Virus record (IMG/VR): IMGVR_UViG_3300033475_000029
Span: 1 to 55,099 of that record
Origin: a virus
Lineage: Duplodnaviria > Caudoviricetes
DNA length: 55,099 nucleotides
Reading direction: 5' to 3' (one strand)
Shown here: positions 47,503-55,099 of the stretch, one piece after another
Layout: every line of letters starts with the position of its first letter
Numbering within the stretch: the first letter of the stretch is position 1
Notes under the pieces: generated by a model
Told to the model about the DNA's origin: nothing
Seen by the model: only the letters and a program-made list of their open reading frames with translations
Databases searched by the model: none
Program-made: the position numbers and the translations under genes

Positions 47503-47955
47503 ATGAAACTCGCCTTCGCGGTGCTCTGTATTGCCACCCTCGGCTGCGGCGGAAATTCATCTCTAAGCGACACCTTGCAAGGCACTTGGATCGACACCAG
47601 CGATCCGGCTGCCATATGCGCAAATGGTCTGGAGTTCTCCGGCGCCGTAATGAAATTCATCAGCCTGTGCGCGACCGGGAACTCGAGCGGCAATGCGCAA
47701 GAAAGCGACGGCGATTTCACCGCCGACGGATCGCACCTGTCCGTGCATTTCGTCCGTTCAAGCTGCGCTCTCTCTGCGACGGACAGGCAGTGGGACGTGG
47801 AATACAGCTTCGTGAGCGGCAAACTGCGCCTAATGGATACGTCGGCCGTCGTCTTGCTTGAGCGCGACAACGCAGAGCCGCTCGCCGGGGCATTCACGTT
47901 CGGGTGTTTCGACTCGACAGGAACGTTTTCACCACGACCGGTTACTCCGCTCTGA
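47503..47955 (+). CDS. Antisense lipoprotein (moron)
   Basis: MKLAFAVLCIATLGC lipobox; LQGTW; opposite strand to its neighbours. Confidence 0.75.
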   Translation: MKLAFAVLCIATLGCGGNSSLSDTLQGTWIDTSDPAAICANGLEFSGAVMKFISLCATGNSSGNAQESDGDFTADGSHLSVHFVRSSCALSATDRQWDVEYSFVSGKLRLMDTSAVVLLERDNAEPLAGAFTFGCFDSTGTFSPRPVTPL

Positions 47956-47983
47956 GCCGTGAACGCGCGTAAGTTCGCCGTGA

Positions 47984-50900
47984 TCATGTGGCAAACACAA
48001 AGTGGCCCGCAGTCGGCGTCCACCCTCCGTTAGCAAGCACGGTCAGGATTCCCGTCGTCGCGTTGATCGCCTCGACAGTGAATGAGCCCGCGTCCAGGCT
48101 CGACGATGACGCGCCGGTGTAGTACGTCGATCCGATCGCGAAGTTCGAGATCGACGACACCGAGACGGAGTACACCCCTGCTCCTGGCAACCCGCTTGCG
48201 TAGACGTCGGCCGCAATGTCAGCGGAGCTACGCGCATAATTCAGAGCGCGAACGTTCGCGTACTGCGCCCCGCCGCTGTTGCCGAACGTACCGGCAGGAG
48301 GAACACCGCTCTCGGTGCCGCCGATGTAGAACACCTCGTTCCCCTGCACGGTGTGCGTACCCGCCGAGGCCACGGAGCCGATGAGCACACCGTTTCGATA
48401 GGCGTGGTAGTTGCCGCTCGCGTCGCGCGTAAGGGCGAAGGCAGCCGGCGCTGCGTAGGGCGGAGGAGACACAGGGACCTGCGCCCACGTTGCGTTGTTT
48501 GTGCCAGGGAATGCCCCGTAGAACGGAACCGGCAGGTTGCTGCCGATGTTCTGATCCGAGATCTCGCAATCGCCGCTTGTCGACCAGATGTCGTACAGGC
48601 TTCCGATTCGGTCGGGAGCGCCGTCGCGATGCGGGGTGATGTTGTCGGGATTGACGCAGCAGAAGTGCGAAATTGAGAACGTCCGCTTTTGGACCATCAC
48701 CCACTGAAACGTGAACGCTCCCGAGAAACGCAGCAGGGAGGCGAGAGAGACGTCCAGCTTGAGCTTCGCGTTGAACGTCACGCCGTCGTAGGTTGTGTCT
48801 ACGGCCTGCGCACATCCGTCGAACGTGACGTAAGTAGCGGCCTTGGGGACCTCGGTGCGAGCGTCGACGGACGCCAGAGTGAGACCGTTCCCCGAGATGT
48901 CGACCAGAGAGCCATTGAGCGGCCAGTTCGCGACCGTTCCAGTGATATTCGGGAGCGGCGTAATGCAACTCGCGACGGTCGCCTCCAGTAGGGCGATGAT
49001 CGACAAAGGGCCGTTTTGGCTCGCTGGCCGGGGCGCCCAGTTGTCGCGGTTCGTGAGCATCTCAAACCCCGGTTCGGGCTGAATCAGCGCCGACCACGAA
49101 TCGAGGCGAACCACGGCCTCTCCGGCGGGAAGCTGGAGCGCCGGAGAAAAAGCAGTGCAGAGCTGCTTGCGCGGGCGCGCGACGGCTCGGATGGGGCCCG
49201 CCGCTGCGTCGACTGTGTATCGCGGCAGGAACGACTCAACGAGTGAGTCATCGTTGTCGAAGTAGATCGACATCTGAGGCTGCGAGCCGAGCCCCACCGC
49301 CGTGCATTCGCCGAGGGCGCGCAACTGGATCAGACGGAGGCACCCCTCCATGTTGGCCAGTCGCAGCCACGGACCGCGAATGACGCCCGAGTAGTAGACC
49401 CCTGCGTCGGTGGGCGTATTCGAGTCGGCCGCCTCGATCCACATCTGCCCATCCGACAGAAACAGCGCCTGTCGCGTGCCCAGCATGCGGGTCATGACGA
49501 TGCCTGCCGACATCCCGCCCGTGTCGCGCACCCAAATATCGAAGACGCGATCGTGAACGAATCGGTAGTTGCTCGTCTGGATCCGCACCTCGTTGTCGGG
49601 GGGCGACAGAACCATGCCCGTGACCGTCTCTTCGCTCGTCACGAGAGGCATCGACAGGTACTGGTCGATCGCGGCGCCGACGAAGTCCGTTTCCTGAGAA
49701 CGGCGCAGGCGCCACAGGCCGCCAAGGCTCACCATGTAGACCTCGGAGCCCGTCGACAGGAGCGGAGCGCCAATGATTGCGCCCGTCTCAGACGAAATGA
49801 GAGAGAATGAGTAGTCGGCCCCGCTTCCGTCGTTGTTTGGACCGTCGCCGCCAGCGATATAGATCGCGTTTTGCTTGAGCAGGACGATCTTATCGTCCAT
49901 GGCCGCAAGCCCCGTTCCGGGTCCGAAGGCGTCGTCAATCTCGACAACGAACTCCTCGGGGAACTCCGGCATGATGCCCGTGGAAATCGGCTTCGAGTAG
50001 CGGACGCGCGTCGGAAAATCGCGGTCAATTCCCCATAGGCGTCCGTTCCAGTTGGTTGGATGTAGCAGGGTCGGCGTAAGCGTCGCTTCGAGCTCGCCGG
50101 CCGTGTCTCCCGGCAACTGGAACTCGTACCCCTGGCCCGTTCCGACGTCTCCCGTCGTGTCGACGTAGCTGTACGTGAGCGTCGTAGCCACCGTGCCATC
50201 GATGCTCGTGAGGAGCTTGAACGTCTTGCCGTCACCGTCGGTGCGCCAGATCAGGACAATGCGGCGGCGGTTCCAGTTCTCGAGCTGAGTCAACGCCCCG
50301 GCGATGGTGACGGTGTTGTTGCCACCGCCCGGCGTGATGGACTTCGTCACGCTCATGGGCGAGCGCCAGACGTTCCCAGATTCGTCTGGCATCCATACCG
50401 TTACGCCGTAGGCGTATAACTTGGCTGGGTCGAGAGATCCGGCGCCTACCGACGGCGTGAGCGTCTGTGGTTGCAGCGGGACCATCGTCGCCCCGTGCGA
50501 GCACAGAAACTGCCCGTTCGACGTTTGCAGCAACGTCCCTGCCGGCAAGAACGCGCCCTGCTGGTTCTGCGTTCCTCGTCCGACGTTCTGGTTCGTGTAG
50601 GTCGTCGAGTTGAGGTATTGAACCGTCCACGTGTCGACGGCGTAGCGAGATCCGCCGCCCCCGTCCCCCTGGTCGACGAGAACCGTTTGGCGCGCCAGGG
50701 GAACCATGAACCGGTCTGTGCCAAGCCGCTGCGGCTGCGCTACCGTGGCTGCCCTGATCGAGGCTTTCCCGGCATTGAGCGGTAAGAGGCGGGCTTGAGG
50801 CTCGCGCCAAAGATTTGCCGTGACCGCGGAGTTGTCGAACTCCAGCGCCATCTCGAGGTATGTCGGCTGAGGGTCATCATTCGTCAGACCGTCGACGAGA

Positions 50901-52114
50901 ATGATGTACCGCATGGCGTCCGTGTTCGGCTCGCGCCACGCGCCCGTGTAGAGGCCAGCAAAGTTGACGTTCGTTGGGATGATGTCGACGGGAATGCTGA
51001 CCACGCCACCGAATCTCTTTGCTCCGCGAAGCTGGTAGCCACCCGTGGCCGTCGGGTTGTAGACCACCTGCCAGTCGACGCCCGCGTTGTACGCGACGCC
51101 GGCCATCTGAACAGACTGGATGGCCTCGACGAGCTCGTTCGTCTGAATCACGCCCACGCTGTTCAGGCGCACCACGCGCGTCTCTGGTACTGCATTACAG
51201 ATGCCCACGAGTCGCGTGCTGGACGCGTCCGGGTCCATGAGCATCGCCAGACAGTTCGAGGTATCCACCGCCTGCGGATACGTCGTTGCAACGTTCGTCA
51301 GCGGGTTGTACTCGGCGATTTCGAGGTTGCCCGTGCCCGTGTTGTTGCGGTAGGCGAGCGTGACCGTCGACCCGCCGTAATAGAGCATGTCGAGGTACGA
51401 AACCCCGTTGGATCCAACGCCGGCCCACGCGGTCGTTGCGATCACCTTGGCCGTGACGGCCTGAACACCCGTGATCGCGTTCCACGCATGCGCCACCACG
51501 TGGTGATTGGCGTCCACATAGGACAGCACGAGCATCTGAGCGTCGCTGCAATAGGCGACACGAGGCCGCGCCGACGTCGAACCGTCGAATGACGCGTAAT
51601 AGGTCGCCGTCGCTCCGTCGATGGTCTGGAGAGCCACCGAGAAGCCGCCGCCCGAGTCGGACCACCACGCCGAAAGCGTGTAGTTAGGTCCCTGCGCCGC
51701 CGCGAGCTGATAGGGGCCCGTGCTTCCCGTCGAAGTCGAGGGCGAAACGACGGTGCGCGACCAGTTGCCAGGCGTCAGCTGCGAGCACGACGGGTAGATC
51801 GCAGTCGTGTCCGGCGTGATCCAGCGCGTCCCGCCATTAGGGCTGTAGACGCGCCCCGAGTTCGTGGTGTCCGTCTGTCGCACGAGCCCCACAAAGCCGC
51901 CCCACGGGGCCTCCGTGAGCATCACGGGGACATTGTTGCCGGGGAGATCGTCGAGGGTGTCGTGCGTGAAGCCCGAGCGCGTGCGCCACTCGTTTTGGCG
52001 CTCCTGCCGAACATTGTCGAGCACGAGATGTGTGCCGGGCTGCACCATGAGAGGCGCGCCCTTAGTCATGATGCCGGATGCTACCGGCCACGAGACTACT
52101 GTTCCCGTTGGCAT
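47984..52114 (-). CDS. Large tail nozzle/stabilisation protein with C-terminal LamG/ConA-like domain
   Basis: ~1376 aa beta-rich; WNGRLW...RYSK; C-term WPLNGSLVDISGNG...ALTRD...YRNG...FYIGG. Confidence 0.7.
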   Translation of the reverse strand: MPTGTVVSWPVASGIMTKGAPLMVQPGTHLVLDNVRQERQNEWRTRSGFTHDTLDDLPGNNVPVMLTEAPWGGFVGLVRQTDTTNSGRVYSPNGGTRWITPDTTAIYPSCSQLTPGNWSRTVVSPSTSTGSTGPYQLAAAQGPNYTLSAWWSDSGGGFSVALQTIDGATATYYASFDGSTSARPRVAYCSDAQMLVLSYVDANHHVVAHAWNAITGVQAVTAKVIATTAWAGVGSNGVSYLDMLYYGGSTVTLAYRNNTGTGNLEIAEYNPLTNVATTYPQAVDTSNCLAMLMDPDASSTRLVGICNAVPETRVVRLNSVGVIQTNELVEAIQSVQMAGVAYNAGVDWQVVYNPTATGGYQLRGAKRFGGVVSIPVDIIPTNVNFAGLYTGAWREPNTDAMRYIILVDGLTNDDPQPTYLEMALEFDNSAVTANLWREPQARLLPLNAGKASIRAATVAQPQRLGTDRFMVPLARQTVLVDQGDGGGGSRYAVDTWTVQYLNSTTYTNQNVGRGTQNQQGAFLPAGTLLQTSNGQFLCSHGATMVPLQPQTLTPSVGAGSLDPAKLYAYGVTVWMPDESGNVWRSPMSVTKSITPGGGNNTVTIAGALTQLENWNRRRIVLIWRTDGDGKTFKLLTSIDGTVATTLTYSYVDTTGDVGTGQGYEFQLPGDTAGELEATLTPTLLHPTNWNGRLWGIDRDFPTRVRYSKPISTGIMPEFPEEFVVEIDDAFGPGTGLAAMDDKIVLLKQNAIYIAGGDGPNNDGSGADYSFSLISSETGAIIGAPLLSTGSEVYMVSLGGLWRLRRSQETDFVGAAIDQYLSMPLVTSEETVTGMVLSPPDNEVRIQTSNYRFVHDRVFDIWVRDTGGMSAGIVMTRMLGTRQALFLSDGQMWIEAADSNTPTDAGVYYSGVIRGPWLRLANMEGCLRLIQLRALGECTAVGLGSQPQMSIYFDNDDSLVESFLPRYTVDAAAGPIRAVARPRKQLCTAFSPALQLPAGEAVVRLDSWSALIQPEPGFEMLTNRDNWAPRPASQNGPLSIIALLEATVASCITPLPNITGTVANWPLNGSLVDISGNGLTLASVDARTEVPKAATYVTFDGCAQAVDTTYDGVTFNAKLKLDVSLASLLRFSGAFTFQWVMVQKRTFSISHFCCVNPDNITPHRDGAPDRIGSLYDIWSTSGDCEISDQNIGSNLPVPFYGAFPGTNNATWAQVPVSPPPYAAPAAFALTRDASGNYHAYRNGVLIGSVASAGTHTVQGNEVFYIGGTESGVPPAGTFGNSGGAQYANVRALNYARSSADIAADVYASGLPGAGVYSVSVSSISNFAIGSTYYTGASSSSLDAGSFTVEAINATTGILTVLANGGWTPTAGHFVFAT

Positions 52115-52359
52115 CAGGCGGCCAGCACGTAGATCGCGGTGCGCGTGCGGCACTTCAGCGATCCGTTGATGGTGTACTCGTAGACCGTCCCCACCGGGGG
52201 CAGGTCGGGGTCAATCGCGATGGCGCCGAGGTTGACAATGCTCGAAGAAGACGGCGGAGGATTCTGAAGCGCGAGCACGGCTTCGTAGAGCCCGATAAGC
52301 ACCGTGAGGAGTTCATCGGGTCGGCCAACGGTCGTGGACGTGGGTTTGCGAAGCGCCAT
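52114..52359 (-). CDS. Small structural-region protein
   Basis: TGATG overlaps at both ends. Confidence 0.55.
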   Translation of the reverse strand: MALRKPTSTTVGRPDELLTVLIGLYEAVLALQNPPPSSSSIVNLGAIAIDPDLPPVGTVYEYTINGSLKCRTRTAIYVLAA

Positions 52360-53441
52360 CAAATTCCCCAGCCGCCCCATCCACCACGGAACAAACGTCC
52401 GTCGGTGTCGATAGCCTTCTGCGGCCCCGGGCTGCGCGTCGTGGAGAAATACTTTTTCGCTTCCGCGATCAACGCCTCTTCGCGCTTTTCGAAAGGCGCC
52501 GCCGTCGCGCCGCGGTTGTCGCGCTGCATGGCCGTGATTGCGGCCTTGAGCTTCAACAGCTCGACGAACATCTCCAAGATCGCGTCGATGTTCGCGCCCT
52601 GCGTCCACGACTGCGCCGACTCGATTGCCGTGAACGTCGTGAGCGTGAAGAACTGTCCCTCATTGACAGCGCCAGTCGGGAGGGCGGCATCGTATTGACC
52701 GACGCCAACAACGTATCCGACGGCGATTTCTGCCGTCTCGTCGAAGCCTGTCCAGCGCGTGAGCACCCACGGCAGTCCGACCGACCCCGTCTGTGTGACC
52801 TGATAGATTCCGTTGTCGCCCGTGGACACCTGGTTCTTGATCAGGATCAGGTCATTGAGTACGACATCTGCGCCGTCGACCGTGAGTAACGCGTTGGCAC
52901 TTGCCGTGAGGGTCTTCCCGGCGCCGGCCCCGGACGCAACGCAGGTCGGAAGCGCTCCAGTTGTTGCCAGACGCACGGGCTGCGCCGTGTGAGGCAGAGG
53001 GCAGTACCAGAGGCCGTAGGTTCCCGCCGCTCGGATCGAAGGCTCGACGAAGATCAGAGTCCCCATGAGGCGACAACCGGTCGCTCCCGTGCCGGCGCCG
53101 ACGCCGAGGAGGCTCGGCCAATACCAGCCACCAGGGGCGCGACGGTTGAACCAGTTGAACGGTCCGAGGCTGTATTCGGTCGGCGTGTCCGGTGCGCAAA
53201 CGACGTCGATGAGGCTGTGAAAGTTGCTCGGGACAGAGAACGAAGCCGAGCCGCCCGACGCGAGAGTGAAGTCCGCACGCGGAGCGACCTGGAAGTCAGG
53301 CCGCGCCGCTGCGAACGTGTCCCACGCCGAGCGGATCGACTCGTTGACGAGCGTGATCCACTCCGCTTGAAGTACGCGGTTGGTGTTTTGCAGGTCGCTC
53401 CTGAAAGCGGCGCCTGCAATGATCTCGCTGAACGTCGCCAC
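52359..53441 (-). CDS. Head-tail adaptor with inserted tail-fibre-type domain
   Basis: MATFSEII...EWITLVNES, PSNF..L, LWYCP; insert RLATT...TVDG...LIKNQ...DNGIY...WVLTR. Confidence 0.65.
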   Translation of the reverse strand: MATFSEIIAGAAFRSDLQNTNRVLQAEWITLVNESIRSAWDTFAAARPDFQVAPRADFTLASGGSASFSVPSNFHSLIDVVCAPDTPTEYSLGPFNWFNRRAPGGWYWPSLLGVGAGTGATGCRLMGTLIFVEPSIRAAGTYGLWYCPLPHTAQPVRLATTGALPTCVASGAGAGKTLTASANALLTVDGADVVLNDLILIKNQVSTGDNGIYQVTQTGSVGLPWVLTRWTGFDETAEIAVGYVVGVGQYDAALPTGAVNEGQFFTLTTFTAIESAQSWTQGANIDAILEMFVELLKLKAAITAMQRDNRGATAAPFEKREEALIAEAKKYFSTTRSPGPQKAIDTDGRLFRGGWGGWGI

Positions 53442-53442
53442 T

Positions 53443-53691
53443 TCAGCAGGTCGCGATGAAGGTCTTCAGGGCCTCGGCGAAACGCTCGGGATCGGCGATC
53501 TGGATGCCCAACGCCTTGCCGATCTGCTTCGCCGCCATCATGCGGTCCTCCGAGGACGTCTCGTCGTCGCCCTCGGCCTCGTCGTCCATGTCGGCCCCAT
53601 ACTCCGAGCCGGCCATGTCCTTGTCCTTCTCCATCTCGCCGACCGCCTCGTCGAGGAAGTCGTCATCCATCTTCTTCGGTGCGGTTCTCAT
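53443..53691 (-). CDS. Small acidic hypothetical protein
   Basis: Ends ...FAEALKTFIATC; coupled. Confidence 0.6.
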   Translation of the reverse strand: MRTAPKKMDDDFLDEAVGEMEKDKDMAGSEYGADMDDEAEGDDETSSEDRMMAAKQIGKALGIQIADPERFAEALKTFIATC

Positions 53692-54092
53692 GACGCAGCC
53701 TCCACGCTGACTTCAACTGCCACCTTGGCGACGGCGATGACATCCGCCGCGTTGCCGGCCGCATTGAACGTCGTGAAATTGATCGTCCCCGCCGTGTTGA
53801 TGCTGTCATCGGTGACGATGTACGCGCCCTTTCCGAGGCCATCGGTAGACGTCGGGTTGATCGCGAAGATGTGAAAGCTCTTGAGGTGGTACCCCTTGAG
53901 CACAGTCGTTCCGTCCGACTGCAACAGCTTGAACACGTAGGTTCCCTCGCCCGACCGAGTGATCGTCGCGAGTCCCTTGAACTTGATGGTGCCGACCGAA
54001 CCATCGGCGCCGGTGAACTGCCCACGGACGCAGCACGTATCGCGGTAAAACCACTGTGCGATCGCGCTTCCGACTCTTGCGAGTGCTGACAT
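53688..54092 (-). CDS. Putative capsid decoration or minor structural protein
   Basis: Directly after the capsid gene, AAAGGAG SD, ITRSGEGTY. Confidence 0.6.
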   Translation of the reverse strand: MSALARVGSAIAQWFYRDTCCVRGQFTGADGSVGTIKFKGLATITRSGEGTYVFKLLQSDGTTVLKGYHLKSFHIFAINPTSTDGLGKGAYIVTDDSINTAGTINFTTFNAAGNAADVIAVAKVAVEVSVEAAS

Positions 54093-54158
54093 TTGCGTTG
54101 CTCCTTTGAGCGCCCGCTGCTGGCCCCAGATCGCTCCGAGGCCAGCGGCGGAGGCGAA

Positions 54159-55099
54159 TCAGGTCAGCGTGATCGTGAGGTTCCAGCCGGGAGCGTTGCA
54201 CTCCAGCTGCGGATACCCACCGACGGCCGCCGAGATGGTGCCCGTCACGGGATCCATGAAGATCGCCGGGGCCGCGCCGAGCGGATCCGCGATCATGGTC
54301 GGGAAGTCGAGGCCCCAGCCCACGAGCTCCCACGTCGACATGTTCAGCATGAAGATCTTGTTCTTCGGGCAGAACTGCGGCGTGAAGACCTCCATGACGC
54401 CCGCGGGCGTCATCACGCGATACCCCGAGTACAGGATCGCGCCGTCCTTGCCCTTCTTCTTGATGGGCTCGGTCGTGTAGATGGTCTTGCCCTGGAGCGC
54501 CTTCGCCAGGAAGGCCCACGTCTTCGGGTGCATGAACGCCGTGAGGTCGTCCGTGCCGTTGCTCGAGTACGTCAGCGCCCACGCGATGCCGTCCACGAAC
54601 GCGCCCTCGATGTCCGCCAGCGACGCGGCCACCTTCATGCCGATCAGACGGTCATCGACCGTGCGATCGACGCTGAACAGCGTGTCCGCCGTCGAGGGCA
54701 GCCAGCCCTGCACGCCCGTGATTGCGATCTTCGTGGCACCCGTGTTGCGGGTGTTCGCGATGAACGCGAAGTCGTTGGACGTCGCCACCGAGTTGCCGGC
54801 CGCCGAAGCGACCCACGTCCCGGCCTGACCGTTGACCTTCACGACGGACAGCGAGCCGGCGCGGAGAGCGCCCGTCGACTGAGCCTGCGCGAAGACGATC
54901 ACGTCGCCGACCTCGAACTTGATGATGTCGTCGGCGTCGACCATCGTGATCGTGGTCGTGCCGTCGACGGTCACCTGGCCGAGGGCCGGGAAGCCGTTCG
55001 ACCACAGCTCGATCGACGCGATCTTGGTGACCTTCTTGATCGCGCTATCGAGCTCGCGCTTGAGCGGCTTGACGATCGCGCCGATGTCCGAGATGCCGG
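54159..55099 (-). CDS. Major capsid protein, 3' part
   Basis: Ends ...GYPQLECNAPGWNLTITLT; same frame as 1-655 through the overlap. Confidence 0.8.
   Translation of the reverse strand, partial: GISDIGAIVKPLKRELDSAIKKVTKIASIELWSNGFPALGQVTVDGTTTITMVDADDIIKFEVGDVIVFAQAQSTGALRAGSLSVVKVNGQAGTWVASAAGNSVATSNDFAFIANTRNTGATKIAITGVQGWLPSTADTLFSVDRTVDDRLIGMKVAASLADIEGAFVDGIAWALTYSSNGTDDLTAFMHPKTWAFLAKALQGKTIYTTEPIKKKGKDGAILYSGYRVMTPAGVMEVFTPQFCPKNKIFMLNMSTWELVGWGLDFPTMIADPLGAAPAIFMDPVTGTISAAVGGYPQLECNAPGWNLTITLT
54746..55099. repeat. Terminal overlap, copy 2
   Basis: Matches 1-354 with two substitutions. Confidence 0.97.

Larger units (their letters stand above)
1..55099. mobile_element. Complete temperate tailed bacteriophage genome, podovirus-like, circularly permuted (~54.7 kb unit)
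   Basis: Terminase, portal, capsid, tail, integrase, recombination and lysis genes; terminal overlap; no host housekeeping genes. Confidence 0.93.

Noticed and set aside
54114-54151. Intrinsic terminator after the capsid gene
   Set aside because: A hairpin is present but has no U-tract on the coding strand; at most a stabilising or attenuating stem

Overview
The window looks like a complete, circularly permuted, high-GC temperate tailed-phage genome. Bases 1-354 recur at 54746-55099, giving a unit length of about 54,745 bp, and the major capsid gene spans the join. No tape-measure or sheath gene is evident, so the layout is podovirus-like. Almost all genes are on the minus strand and many are coupled by ATGA/GTGA overlaps. 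The modules are: head (TerS, TerL, portal, scaffold, capsid); tail and ejection proteins; scattered lysis genes; two control regions (RHH and XRE-HTH regulators); recombination (PD-(D/E)XK exonuclease, Sak4-like ATPase, SSB); a tyrosine integrase; host-dependent replication; and dozens of small accessory ORFs. The most striking observation is a replication initiator whose N-terminus is an NrdR-type zinc ribbon without the ATP-cone. Its own coding sequence holds five palindromic, NrdR-box-like iterons at an exact 33-bp period, next to a stand-alone DnaA domain-IV-like gene. Other highlights: a GT87 membrane glycosyltransferase between terL and portal, a Tad2/DUF2829 gene, RNA ligase and MazG-like genes, a mosaic protein with modules bounded by direct repeats, a probable ATC start for the portal, a truncated Dam, and an antisense lipoprotein moron. 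All family calls come from motif recognition by eye; no searches were run.
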